NCBI GenBank assembly: GCA_031441465.1
Contig: JANOEP010000021.1
Location: 1-24,328 of the forward strand
DNA length: 24,328 bases
Direction of reading: 5' to 3'
Source: a bacterium
GTDB taxonomy: Bacteria > Krumholzibacteriota > Krumholzibacteriia > LZORAL124-64-63
Shown: one piece after another, positions 1 through 7,865 of the stretch
Numbering within the stretch: the stretch's first letter is position 1
How the letters are laid out: the number at the start of each line of letters is the position of its first letter
The notes under the pieces: generated by a model
What the model saw: the letters and a program-made list of their open reading frames with translations, nothing else
What the model was told of the DNA's origin: nothing
Databases searched by the model: none
Translations under genes and position numbers: made by a program

Positions 1-42
1 CGGCAGAAGAGAACCAGGTCGAAGGATCAAAAGAAGGGCTGA
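1..42 (+). CDS. 3' end of a CDS entering the window (RQKRTRSKDQKKG*), possibly an IstB-like ATPase of an IS21-family element
   Basis: Open frame 1 ending in TGA at 40-42. The basic tail lies about 100 bp before an IS21-like end. Only 13 codons are visible, so identity comes from context alone. Confidence 0.35.
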   Translation, partial: RQKRTRSKDQKKG

Positions 43-91
43 GAGGTGGTGTTGACGCCCCTGCCCGCGAGGGGTTAAACTTGTGCTGGGT

Positions 92-140
92 GCCGCACTA
101 TTGGACCGGCCCCCGCCGCACTATTGGACCGGCGTTCACA
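92..140. mobile_element. Probable terminal end of an IS21-family insertion sequence
   Basis: Two perfect 19-bp direct repeats GCCGCACTATTGGACCGGC (92-110, 115-133; 23-bp period) are followed by GTTCACA, so the end reads TGTGAAC-GCCGG... on the minus strand. TG..CA termini with reiterated subterminal transposase sites are characteristic of IS21. Confidence 0.65.
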
Positions 141-303
141 AGATGATTCTACAGACCCTAATGTGACCTTGTGTGTACCAGAAGGGCGCAAGCAAGTTAC
201 TCCACACCTGCCACGATACTGATATATCTCGCAACCCACTCATTATATTATACTTATGACGGTGTCGCTCGGCCGGCACCGCAGCCGATAAATTGAGTTT
301 CGA

Positions 304-1533
304 TCAACTGAAGAATAGATAAGTCACGAGGATTGCAGCAAGGATGCCAGCGGCATCGGCTACGAGGCCACATCCCACCGCATGCCGCGTCCGCCGGATG
401 CCAACGCTCCCGAAATAAACCGCCAACACATAAAACGTCGTCTCCGAACTCCCCTGCAACACACTAGCCAACCGGCCCGCAAACGAATCCGCCCCATGCG
501 TCTGCATCGTCTCGATCATCACGCCCCGCGCCCCGCTCCCCGACAGCGGCTTCATCAACGCCGTCGGCAACCCATCCACCCAGCGCGCGTCGACCCCCAA
601 GGCCCCCACCCCGGCGCGCACCCCATCCAGCGCCAGATCCAACGCCCCGCTAGCCCGCAGCACCCCCACCGCCACCAGCATCGCCACCAGATACGGCACG
701 ATCCCGATCGCCACCTTGAACCCGTCCTTCGCCCCCTCGACGAACTCGCCGTACACCGCCACCCGCCGCCGCGCCGCCGCCAACACGAACCCGACCATCA
801 CCGAGAAGATCACGGCGTTGGCCAGCACCGACGACGCGGCCTGGGCCGTCTCGCGCGGCAGCGAGGCGAACAGCGCAACCGTGCCGACGACCAGCAGGGT
901 GAGCCCGCCCAGCCAGCCCGCGATCACCGGGTCGGCCAGCCGTCGCCGCTGCACCGCCATGGTGGCCAGCAGGCCGGTCAGGGTGCCGCAGAAGGTGGCG
1001 ATCAGGATGGGCAAAAAGACGTCGGTCGGGTCGGCGGCGCCCATCTGCGCGCGGTAGGTGAAGACCGACACCGGCAGGACGGTCACCGACGCGGTGTTGA
1101 TGACCATGAACAGGATCTGGTCGTCGCTGGCCGTGTCGGGGTCGGGGTTGAGCGTCTGCATCTCGCTCATCGCCTTGAGCCCCAGCGGCGTGGCGGCGTT
1201 GTCCAGGCCGAGCATGTTCGACGCCATGTTCATGACGATGGCGCCCTCGGCGGGGTGGCCGGCCGGGATCGAGGGGAACAGGCGGCGCAGCAGGGGCGAG
1301 GTCAGGCGCGCCAGCAGCTCGACCGCGCCGCCCTTCTCGCCCAGGCGCATCAGGCCCAGCCACAGGCACATCACGCCGGTCAGGCCCAGGGCGATCTCGA
1401 AGCCGGTCTTGGCGGAATCGAAGGCCGCGCCGACCATGTCGGCGAACACGGCGGCGTTGCCCAGCACTAGCGCCTGCACGAGCGCGGCCAGCAACGCGAT
1501 GACGAACAGCCAGGTCCAGATCCGGTCGAGCAA
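304..1533 (-). CDS. SpmA/SpmB-like fused membrane protein (nucleoside recognition Gate domains)
   Basis: 409 aa, hydrophobic. Motifs NMLGLDNAATPLGLKAM, FVEGAKDGF, MKPLSGSGARG, QGSSETTFYVLAVYFGSVGI. TTG start preceded by GGAGG. Confidence 0.9.
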   Translation of the reverse strand: MLDRIWTWLFVIALLAALVQALVLGNAAVFADMVGAAFDSAKTGFEIALGLTGVMCLWLGLMRLGEKGGAVELLARLTSPLLRRLFPSIPAGHPAEGAIVMNMASNMLGLDNAATPLGLKAMSEMQTLNPDPDTASDDQILFMVINTASVTVLPVSVFTYRAQMGAADPTDVFLPILIATFCGTLTGLLATMAVQRRRLADPVIAGWLGGLTLLVVGTVALFASLPRETAQAASSVLANAVIFSVMVGFVLAAARRRVAVYGEFVEGAKDGFKVAIGIVPYLVAMLVAVGVLRASGALDLALDGVRAGVGALGVDARWVDGLPTALMKPLSGSGARGVMIETMQTHGADSFAGRLASVLQGSSETTFYVLAVYFGSVGIRRTRHAVGCGLVADAAGILAAILVTYLFFS

Positions 1534-1682
1534 GAGTCCTCCGCGGGTGGGTGTCGCTGGCAGTCTAGCCGAGGCGGCCGGATACTGTCATGGTGTATGT
1601 CGGTGCGGTGCCCCGGCTGGCGCCTTGCCCGCGAGGGCGGGATGTGGGAACCTTGGCTGTCGGCTGCGAATGGGAGGATGCC

Positions 1683-2537
1683 GTGCGCGAGATCTGGTCG
1701 GGAACCTGGGGCAAGCTGCGGGCCGCTGAAGGCGATCCCGTGCTCTACGCGCTGTGCGACCGGGGCCATAGCGCTGCGGCAGACGCTACCAGCGCCGCGA
1801 CCCGCGCCCCCGACCTGCCCCTGAACGACCTGCTCGGCCGCCCCCTCGAGGTCCGCTTTACCGGCAAGATCGCCTGCACCGCCTGCGGCCGCGCCGTGAA
1901 GAAGACCTTCGGCGAGGGCTTCTGCTTCCCCTGCTCCCAGTCCCGCGCCGACGCCGACATCTGCATGGTCAAGCCCGAGCTGTGCCACCACGGCAACGCC
2001 GCCTCGCCCTGCCGCGACGAGGCCTTCGCCATGGCGCAGTGCTTCCAGCCGCACGTGCTGTACGCCTCGCTGACCTCGGGGCCCAAGGTCGGGATCACTC
2101 GCAAAGTCAACGTGCCGACACGCTGGTTCGACCAGGGTGCGGTGCGCGCCGCACCTCTGGCGGAGCTGCCCGACCGCCGCGCCGTGGGGCTGATCGAACA
2201 CGAGCTCGCGAGCCGCCACGCCGACCGCACGCACTGGATGGCCATGCTGAAGCAAGCCGAGCCCGAGGCCGACTTCGACGGCTTCGTCGCGAAGATCCTA
2301 GCCGAACTGGCGGAGCTGGGCGTCACGGCCCTGCCGGCCGAAGCCCGCGCCGTGCGCCGCTTCCGCTACCCGGTGCTGCGCCACCCGACGAAGGTCGTGA
2401 GCTTCAACCTGGACCGCGAACCCACCGCCGGCGGCGTCCTGGACGGCGTCAAGGGCCAGTACCTGATCTTCGACCAGGGCGTGATCAACGCCCGCAAGTA
2501 CGCGGGCTACCGCATCGTCGTGAGCGAGGAGCCGTGA
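1683..2537 (+). CDS. DUF2797-family protein (Cys-rich putative Zn-binding)
   Basis: 284 aa from GTG 1683 (GGAGG at 1673-1677). CTACGRAVKKTFGEGFCFPC, CMVKPELCH, KVGITR, TRWFDQGA, GVKGQYLIFD match my recollection of DUF2797. Confidence 0.8.
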   Translation: MREIWSGTWGKLRAAEGDPVLYALCDRGHSAAADATSAATRAPDLPLNDLLGRPLEVRFTGKIACTACGRAVKKTFGEGFCFPCSQSRADADICMVKPELCHHGNAASPCRDEAFAMAQCFQPHVLYASLTSGPKVGITRKVNVPTRWFDQGAVRAAPLAELPDRRAVGLIEHELASRHADRTHWMAMLKQAEPEADFDGFVAKILAELAELGVTALPAEARAVRRFRYPVLRHPTKVVSFNLDREPTAGGVLDGVKGQYLIFDQGVINARKYAGYRIVVSEEP

Positions 2538-2821
2538 GCGCGGACGAGCTGGACATCGACGGCACCCTCGACCTGCACATGTTCCAGCCCCGGGACGTGA
2601 AGGACCTGGTGCGCGACTACCTGGACGCCTGCCTGGAGCGCGGCATCCTCGACGTGCGCATCATCCACGGCAAGGGGATCGGCGTGCAGCGGGAGATCGT
2701 GCGCGCGGAGCTGGCGCGGCACCCGGCCGTGGAAAGCTTCGGCACGGCCCCGGACGCCGGCAGCTGGGGCGCCACCGTCGTACGGCTCGCACGGCCGGCG
2801 GCAAAGGACGAAGATGGGTAA
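2534..2821 (+). CDS. Standalone Smr (small MutS-related) domain protein
   Basis: 95 aa. GTG start overlaps the upstream stop (GTGA). IDGTLDLH, VRIIHGKGIG and SWGATVV are Smr motifs. Confidence 0.88.
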   Translation: MSADELDIDGTLDLHMFQPRDVKDLVRDYLDACLERGILDVRIIHGKGIGVQREIVRAELARHPAVESFGTAPDAGSWGATVVRLARPAAKDEDG

Positions 2822-3200
2822 GCACAAGAGCCGCCAGCCCGGCAGCAGCGGCCGCACCAAGGGCACGGGCCGCTCCATCCGCCACGAGGCCTACGAAGCC
2901 GAGGACCGCCCGCGCCCCTCGGGCGAGCCGCCCCCGGCCATCCACCTGCGGCAGCTTCGTGCCGCCCAGGCGCTCGAGAAGCTGGAGATGCAGATCTTCC
3001 TGCTGCAGCGCCGCGGCGCGCGGCAGGTGCTGGTGGTTCACGGCAGGGGACTGCGCTCGCAGGGCGAGCCCGTGATCGCGCCGCTGGTGCAGGATTGGCT
3101 CAAGGCCCACCCCGACATCGTCGCGAACTGGGAGCCCGCGCCCCGCGACTGGGGCGGCGAGGGCGCGCTGGTGGTCACGCTGAGGAAGGTGCTGTCATGA
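2814..3200 (+). CDS. Second Smr-domain protein with basic N-terminal extension and degenerate DLH motif
   Basis: 128 aa. VLVVHGRGLRS and APRDWGGEGALVVTLRK are Smr motifs; IHLRQL occupies the usual LDLHG position. Overlaps the upstream gene by 8 nt. Confidence 0.82.
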   Translation: MGKHKSRQPGSSGRTKGTGRSIRHEAYEAEDRPRPSGEPPPAIHLRQLRAAQALEKLEMQIFLLQRRGARQVLVVHGRGLRSQGEPVIAPLVQDWLKAHPDIVANWEPAPRDWGGEGALVVTLRKVLS

Positions 3201-3934
3201 CCGAACTGAAGGGGCGCGTCGCGCTGGTGACCGGTGGCGCGGTGCGTGTCGGCCGCGCGCTCGCCGTGAAGCTGGCTGGGGCGGGGGTCGACGTGGCCGT
3301 CCACTACAACCGGTCCCTGGACGAGGCGCGCGCGACGGCGTTCGCGATCTCGGAACTGGGCGCCCGCGCGACCTTGGTGCAGGGCGACCTGCTGGATGCC
3401 GAGGCGCCGGCGCGCCTGCTCGCCGAGGCGTCCGCCGAGCTGGGACCGGTCGACATCCTGGTCAACAACGCCTCGCTCTTCGACCAGGGCCGCTTCGCCG
3501 CCACCGACCTGGATGTCTGGAGCCGCATGCAGCGGATCAACCTGCGCGCCCCGCTGCTGCTGAGCCAGGCCTTCGCCGCGGCGCTGCCCGCCGACCGCGA
3601 CGGCGACATCGTGAACTTGAACGACATCCACGCCCTGCGCCCCCGCGCCGAGTACTTCGCCTACACCCAGAGCAAGGCCGCCCTGCACGACCTGACCCGC
3701 AACCTGGCGCTGGCCCTGGCGCCGCGGGTGCGCGTCAACGAGATCGCCCTGGGCGCCGTGCTGCCGCCCGCCTCGCCGCCCGAGGCCTACGCGCACGTGT
3801 CCCGCGACGCGCTGCCGCTGCGCCGTTTCCCGACGCCCGACGACGTGGGCGACGCGCTGCTGTTCCTGCTGGGATGCCGGGCGGTGACGGGGCAGACGAT
3901 CCTCGTCGACGGCGGCGAGCATCTGCGCGCCTGA
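3197..3934 (+). CDS. SDR-family oxidoreductase, pteridine reductase/FolM-like
   Basis: 245 aa from ATG 3197 (ATGA overlap). TGGAVRVGRA, VAVHYNRS, LVNNAS, YTQSK (YxxxK), VTGQTILVDGG. Confidence 0.85.
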   Translation: MTELKGRVALVTGGAVRVGRALAVKLAGAGVDVAVHYNRSLDEARATAFAISELGARATLVQGDLLDAEAPARLLAEASAELGPVDILVNNASLFDQGRFAATDLDVWSRMQRINLRAPLLLSQAFAAALPADRDGDIVNLNDIHALRPRAEYFAYTQSKAALHDLTRNLALALAPRVRVNEIALGAVLPPASPPEAYAHVSRDALPLRRFPTPDDVGDALLFLLGCRAVTGQTILVDGGEHLRA

Positions 3935-3936
3935 GA

Positions 3937-5457
3937 TCAGGGCGTGTGGTAGGGCATGGCGAGTTCTTCGACCACGCGGCCGTTCAAGCGAATCCGGAAG
4001 TTGAACGGGTTGGGCCACACCCCGCTGCCCATCTCCAGGCGGACATCCCCGTACGTGAAACCGCGCGTGAAGACGTTCCCCTGGATGGCCGCCGGCCCCA
4101 GGGGCGCGCCCAGCGAATGCGCCACGTCCGGCCAGCCGAACAGGTGCTCGCCGAAGTCGTCCCAGACCGGGTAGCAGCCGTCGATCAGCAACGAGATGGC
4201 GCGGAACGAATCGCCCGGGTTGAGCGTGGTCAGCACGTTCTGGTCGTCGTAGTAGAAGGCGCGGTTGATGTTCTCCAGCAGCAGGTAAGGGCCGCCGTTG
4301 ACGGTGCGCGGCCAGCGCCGCGCGTGCCAGAGGCTGTTGAAGATGCCCGGGTCCATGGCCTTGCGCATCTTGTCCGGGGCCTGGAAGCCGAGGGTCGGGA
4401 ACAGCTCGTAGTTCATGCCGTCGGAGAGCGCCGCGAAGGTGGAATCCGTGTAGGCGCGCTGCCCGTTGAAGACCTGGATGAAACCATCGCCCAGCCGCGC
4501 CCGCAATTCCGTGACCATGTCCGCGCAGGCCGCCTTGTAGGCGGCCAGTTCGTCGGCGTCGTGCATGATGTCGATGCCGTCGCCGTCGAGGTCGGGCTCG
4601 CCGGTCACGTTCACGAAGTCCGGGATCCAGATGCCGGCGTTGAAGTAGTCCCAGAAGACGCCGTCGAAGGCCGTGCCCGAGTGCTCCTGGAAGTCGGCGA
4701 TGATCGCGACGATCGTGTCGCGGCAGGCGGGCTCCAGGATGTTCACGTTGACCTTGCCCGGCCAGCTCTGCAGCGTGTCGCCCGTGGTGGTGGAGGCCCA
4801 GTAGGGCCGCAGGGCCTCCCAGCGCGTGCGGGCGTAGCTGCCGGCCGGGTAGCCCTCCCAGTCGAGGCGGATCATCTGCACCGACACGTAGCCGATGACC
4901 GTGCAGTCGGGATTGACGGCCTTGATGCGCTCGACCACCGACGGCCCGCTCGGGGCGGGATCGCTCCAGAGCACCTCGGCGTCGATGCAGAGCAGGTCGG
5001 CGCGGGCGATCTCCTCGATCATCGCGTCGTCGCTCCAGTCGTGGTCGCCCCAGTGCAGGGCGGCGTAGCGACGCGGGGAGTGGGCCGTGTGGTCGACGCC
5101 GAGATCGCTGGCCGCCACGCGCAGCCTCAGGTCCCCGCTCGCGAATCCGGGGTGGTCGAGGCCGATGTTCCAGGTCAGGACGCGGCCGGCGCCGGGCGCC
5201 ACGCCTGCTCCGGCGTCACCGTCGAGGCTCGGGCAGGGCAGGTCCCAGGTCGCGCCGCCGTCGGGCGAGGCCAGCAGGCTGACGAAGCAGGTGTCGCCTT
5301 CGGCGTCGGCGAGGTCGTAGGCCACGTCGACGATGCCGCTGCCGTCGGTGCGTTGGGCGGTGGACACGTTGCTCACGACGGGGTCGGCGGCCGCGGCGGG
5401 GCCGGCGCCGATCGCCAGCGCGGCTGCGATCACGAGCAGGGCAGCGTGCAGCTTCAC
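3937..5457 (-). CDS. Secreted protein, copy 1: N-terminal Ig-like domain + putative TIM-barrel glycoside hydrolase-like domain
   Basis: 506 aa from GTG 5457 (GTGA overlap with the upstream gene). Signal peptide ends AAAA|DPVVSNV. FDGVFWD and DGMNYE resemble the acid motifs of GH114/GHL-type barrels; DLDGDG is a Ca-binding-like loop. No C-terminal sorting domain. Confidence 0.7.
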   Translation of the reverse strand: MKLHAALLVIAAALAIGAGPAAAADPVVSNVSTAQRTDGSGIVDVAYDLADAEGDTCFVSLLASPDGGATWDLPCPSLDGDAGAGVAPGAGRVLTWNIGLDHPGFASGDLRLRVAASDLGVDHTAHSPRRYAALHWGDHDWSDDAMIEEIARADLLCIDAEVLWSDPAPSGPSVVERIKAVNPDCTVIGYVSVQMIRLDWEGYPAGSYARTRWEALRPYWASTTTGDTLQSWPGKVNVNILEPACRDTIVAIIADFQEHSGTAFDGVFWDYFNAGIWIPDFVNVTGEPDLDGDGIDIMHDADELAAYKAACADMVTELRARLGDGFIQVFNGQRAYTDSTFAALSDGMNYELFPTLGFQAPDKMRKAMDPGIFNSLWHARRWPRTVNGGPYLLLENINRAFYYDDQNVLTTLNPGDSFRAISLLIDGCYPVWDDFGEHLFGWPDVAHSLGAPLGPAAIQGNVFTRGFTYGDVRLEMGSGVWPNPFNFRIRLNGRVVEELAMPYHTP

Positions 5458-6209
5458 GGCAGCATCACCACCTTGCGCGACGGCGCGGCGCGGCCGTCGA
5501 CCGTCAAGCGCACGAGATAGGCGCCGCTGGACACGCGGCGCCCGGCGTCGTCGCGGCCATCCCACGCGCGCGTGTGGAGGCCGGCGGGCAGCTCGGCGTC
5601 GAGCAGCGTGCGGACCCGCCGGCCCGCGGCGTCGTGGATCACGAGGCGGGCGCGGCCGGGCTCGGCGATCTCGAAAGCCAGGTCGGTCTGCGGGTTGAAC
5701 GGGTTCGGCGCCGGCGCCGCCAGCAGCGGGGCGCGCAACGAGGGCGGTGCGTCGGTGCCGGGCAGCAGGATCCGGAAGTCGCCATCTTCGACGACGGACT
5801 GGTTGCCGAACAGGTCGCGGACGGTGACGCGCAAACGGCAGGTCCCGCTGGCGACCTCGGGCACGGGCCAGTTCCAGGCATGGTAGCCGTTCACGAATTC
5901 CAGGTCGATGCTCGCCAGGAGCGAGTTGCTGGCCAGGACGTCGGCCTGATGCCCCTGGATCTCCAGGGTGGGCGAATCGTCCTGCACGGACCAGCTGAAG
6001 ACGACCGAGGCGGGAGAGGTGAACGTCTCGCCGCCCTTCGGCGCCGTGATGTCGTAGATCACCGGCGGCAGCGTGTCGACGACCAACGGGCCGCTCGTGC
6101 CCGCGCCGATGCCGGCCGCGACGGGCCCCGCCGCCGCCAGCAACGTCGCTAGCAACATCGCCGGGGCGTACCCGACCCCGCGGATCTTGTATCGGAACCC
6201 GATACGCAT
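5454..6209 (-). CDS. Secreted Ig-like protein with C-terminal FlgD-Ig/T9SS-type-A-like domain, copy 1
   Basis: 251 aa; start chosen by alignment with the paralog. Signal peptide GPVAA|G. CTD PNPFNPQT...GRRVRTL...WDGRDDAG...SGAYLVRL...RKVVMLP. Confidence 0.8.
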   Translation of the reverse strand: MRIGFRYKIRGVGYAPAMLLATLLAAAGPVAAGIGAGTSGPLVVDTLPPVIYDITAPKGGETFTSPASVVFSWSVQDDSPTLEIQGHQADVLASNSLLASIDLEFVNGYHAWNWPVPEVASGTCRLRVTVRDLFGNQSVVEDGDFRILLPGTDAPPSLRAPLLAAPAPNPFNPQTDLAFEIAEPGRARLVIHDAAGRRVRTLLDAELPAGLHTRAWDGRDDAGRRVSSGAYLVRLTVDGRAAPSRKVVMLP

Positions 6210-6262
6210 CTTGAACTTACCAACTTTCGTCCGAGGCCGACGTGTTGCCCGCCACTTCTTAC

Positions 6263-6292
6263 ATAATATCATGTAATCGGCATTTATTGCAA
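6263..6292 (-). promoter_or_regulatory. Putative sigma70 promoter of duplicated operon copy 1
   Basis: TTGCAA-N18-TATTAT with TGn extension. It aligns with the copy-2 upstream region and overlaps the inverted repeat TTACAT-N6-ATGTAA (6259-6276). Confidence 0.55.
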
Positions 6293-6347
6293 CTCCTGAA
6301 GCCGATTCCCGGCAAGGTCGCGCGACGATCCGCATCGACGGCGGCGC

Positions 6348-7865
6348 TTAGGGGTGATGGTAGGGCAGGGCGATCTCCTCGACCACGTTCCCGTTGATGC
6401 GGATCCGGTAGTCGAAGGGATCGGGCCACACGCCGCTGCCCATCTCCAGGCGGACATCCCCGTACGTGAAGTCGCGTGTGAAGACGTTGCCCTGAATCAG
6501 CGTCGGCCCTAGCGGCGCGCCCAGCGAGTGCACCACGTCGGGCCAGCCGAAGACGTGCTCCACGTAGTCGTCCCATACCGGGTAGCAGCCGTCGATGAGC
6601 AGCGAGACGGCGCGGAACGCATCGCCGGGGTTGAGCGCGGTGAGCACGTAGTTGTGGTCGTAGTAGTAGGCGCGGTTGATGTTCTCCAACAGCAGGTAGG
6701 GCCCGCCGTTGACGGTCCGCAGCCAGCGCCGCGCGTTCCAGAGGCTGTTGTAGACGGCCGGATCCATCGCCTTGCGCATCTTGTCCGGGGCCTGGAAACC
6801 GAGGGTGGGGAACAGCTCGTAGTCGAGACCGTCGGCGAGCGCCGCGAACGTGGAATCCGTGTAGGCGCGTTGCCCGTTGAAGATCTGGATGAAGCCCTCG
6901 CCCAGCCGCGCCCGCAGGCGCGTGACCAGGTCCACGCTGGCGGCCCTGTAGGCGGCCAGCTCGTTGACGTCGGACGCCATGGGGATGCCGTCGCCGTCGA
7001 GGTCGGGATCGCCGGTCACGTCCATGTACGACGGGATCCAGATGCCGGTGTTGAAGTAGTCCCAGAAGACGCCGTCGAAGACCGTACCCGAGTGCTGCTG
7101 GAAGTCGGCGACGATCTCGACGATCGCGGCTCGGCAGGCGGGATCCAGGATGTTCACGTTGACCTTGCCCGGCCAGCTCTGCAGCGTGTCGCCGGTGGTC
7201 GTGTACGACCAGTAGGGCCGCAGGGCTTCGTAGCGCGTGCGCGCGTAGGTGCCGACGGGGGCGTCCGCCCAGTCCAGGCGCACCATCTGCACCGACACGT
7301 AGCCCATCACCTTGCAGCCGGGGTTGACGGCTTTGATGCGTTGGACCACGGAAGGGCTGCTCGGCGGTTTGCTCCAGAGCACCTCGGCTTCGACGCAGAG
7401 CAAGTCGGCGCGGGCGATCTTCTCGATCATTGCGTCGTCCGACCAGTCGTGGTCGCTCCAGTGCAGGGCGGCATAGCGCAGGGGCGAGTGGGCCGTGTGG
7501 TCCACACCCAGGTCGCTGGCCAGCACGCGCACCCGCAGGTCGTCACGGATGATCCCAGGGTGGTCGAGGCCGATGTTCCAGGTCAGGACGTGGCCGGCGC
7601 CCGGGGTCACGCCCGCGCCGGCGTCGCCGCCGAGGGTCGGGCAGGGCAGATTCCAGGTGGCGCCTCCGTCGGCCGAGGCCAGCAGGCTGATGCAGCACGT
7701 GTCCCCGTCGGCGTCGGCGAGGTCGTAGGTCACCTCGAGGATGCCGCTGCCGTCGGTGCGTTGGGTGGTCGTCATGTTGCGCACGACGGGATCGGCGGCC
7801 TTGGCGGCGCCGGCGCCGAGCGCCAGCGCGGCGATGATCGCGAGCAGTGCGGTGCGGTGCTTCAC
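6348..7865 (-). CDS. Secreted Ig-like + putative glycoside hydrolase-like protein, copy 2
   Basis: 505 aa from GTG 7865 (GTGA overlap). Colinear with copy 1 along its whole length (e.g. identical TTGDTLQSWPGKVNVNIL, FDGVFWDYFN, YELFPTLGFQAPDKMRKAMDP). Confidence 0.7.
   Translation of the reverse strand: MKHRTALLAIIAALALGAGAAKAADPVVRNMTTTQRTDGSGILEVTYDLADADGDTCCISLLASADGGATWNLPCPTLGGDAGAGVTPGAGHVLTWNIGLDHPGIIRDDLRVRVLASDLGVDHTAHSPLRYAALHWSDHDWSDDAMIEKIARADLLCVEAEVLWSKPPSSPSVVQRIKAVNPGCKVMGYVSVQMVRLDWADAPVGTYARTRYEALRPYWSYTTTGDTLQSWPGKVNVNILDPACRAAIVEIVADFQQHSGTVFDGVFWDYFNTGIWIPSYMDVTGDPDLDGDGIPMASDVNELAAYRAASVDLVTRLRARLGEGFIQIFNGQRAYTDSTFAALADGLDYELFPTLGFQAPDKMRKAMDPAVYNSLWNARRWLRTVNGGPYLLLENINRAYYYDHNYVLTALNPGDAFRAVSLLIDGCYPVWDDYVEHVFGWPDVVHSLGAPLGPTLIQGNVFTRDFTYGDVRLEMGSGVWPDPFDYRIRINGNVVEEIALPYHHP

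Noticed and set aside
92..133. 19-bp direct repeats as a CRISPR array or iterons
   Set aside because: Only two copies, separated by 4 bp, with no cas or rep gene. An IS end fits better.
230..260. AT-rich motif as a chromosomal dif site
   Set aside because: No XerD arm (TTATGTTAAAT-like) at the 11-6-11 spacing on either strand.
3937..7865. Paralogous copies as a DGR template/variable-repeat pair
   Set aside because: Differences are spread over the whole 2.4 kb, include many synonymous C/G changes rather than adenine-specific ones, and there is no reverse transcriptase in the window.
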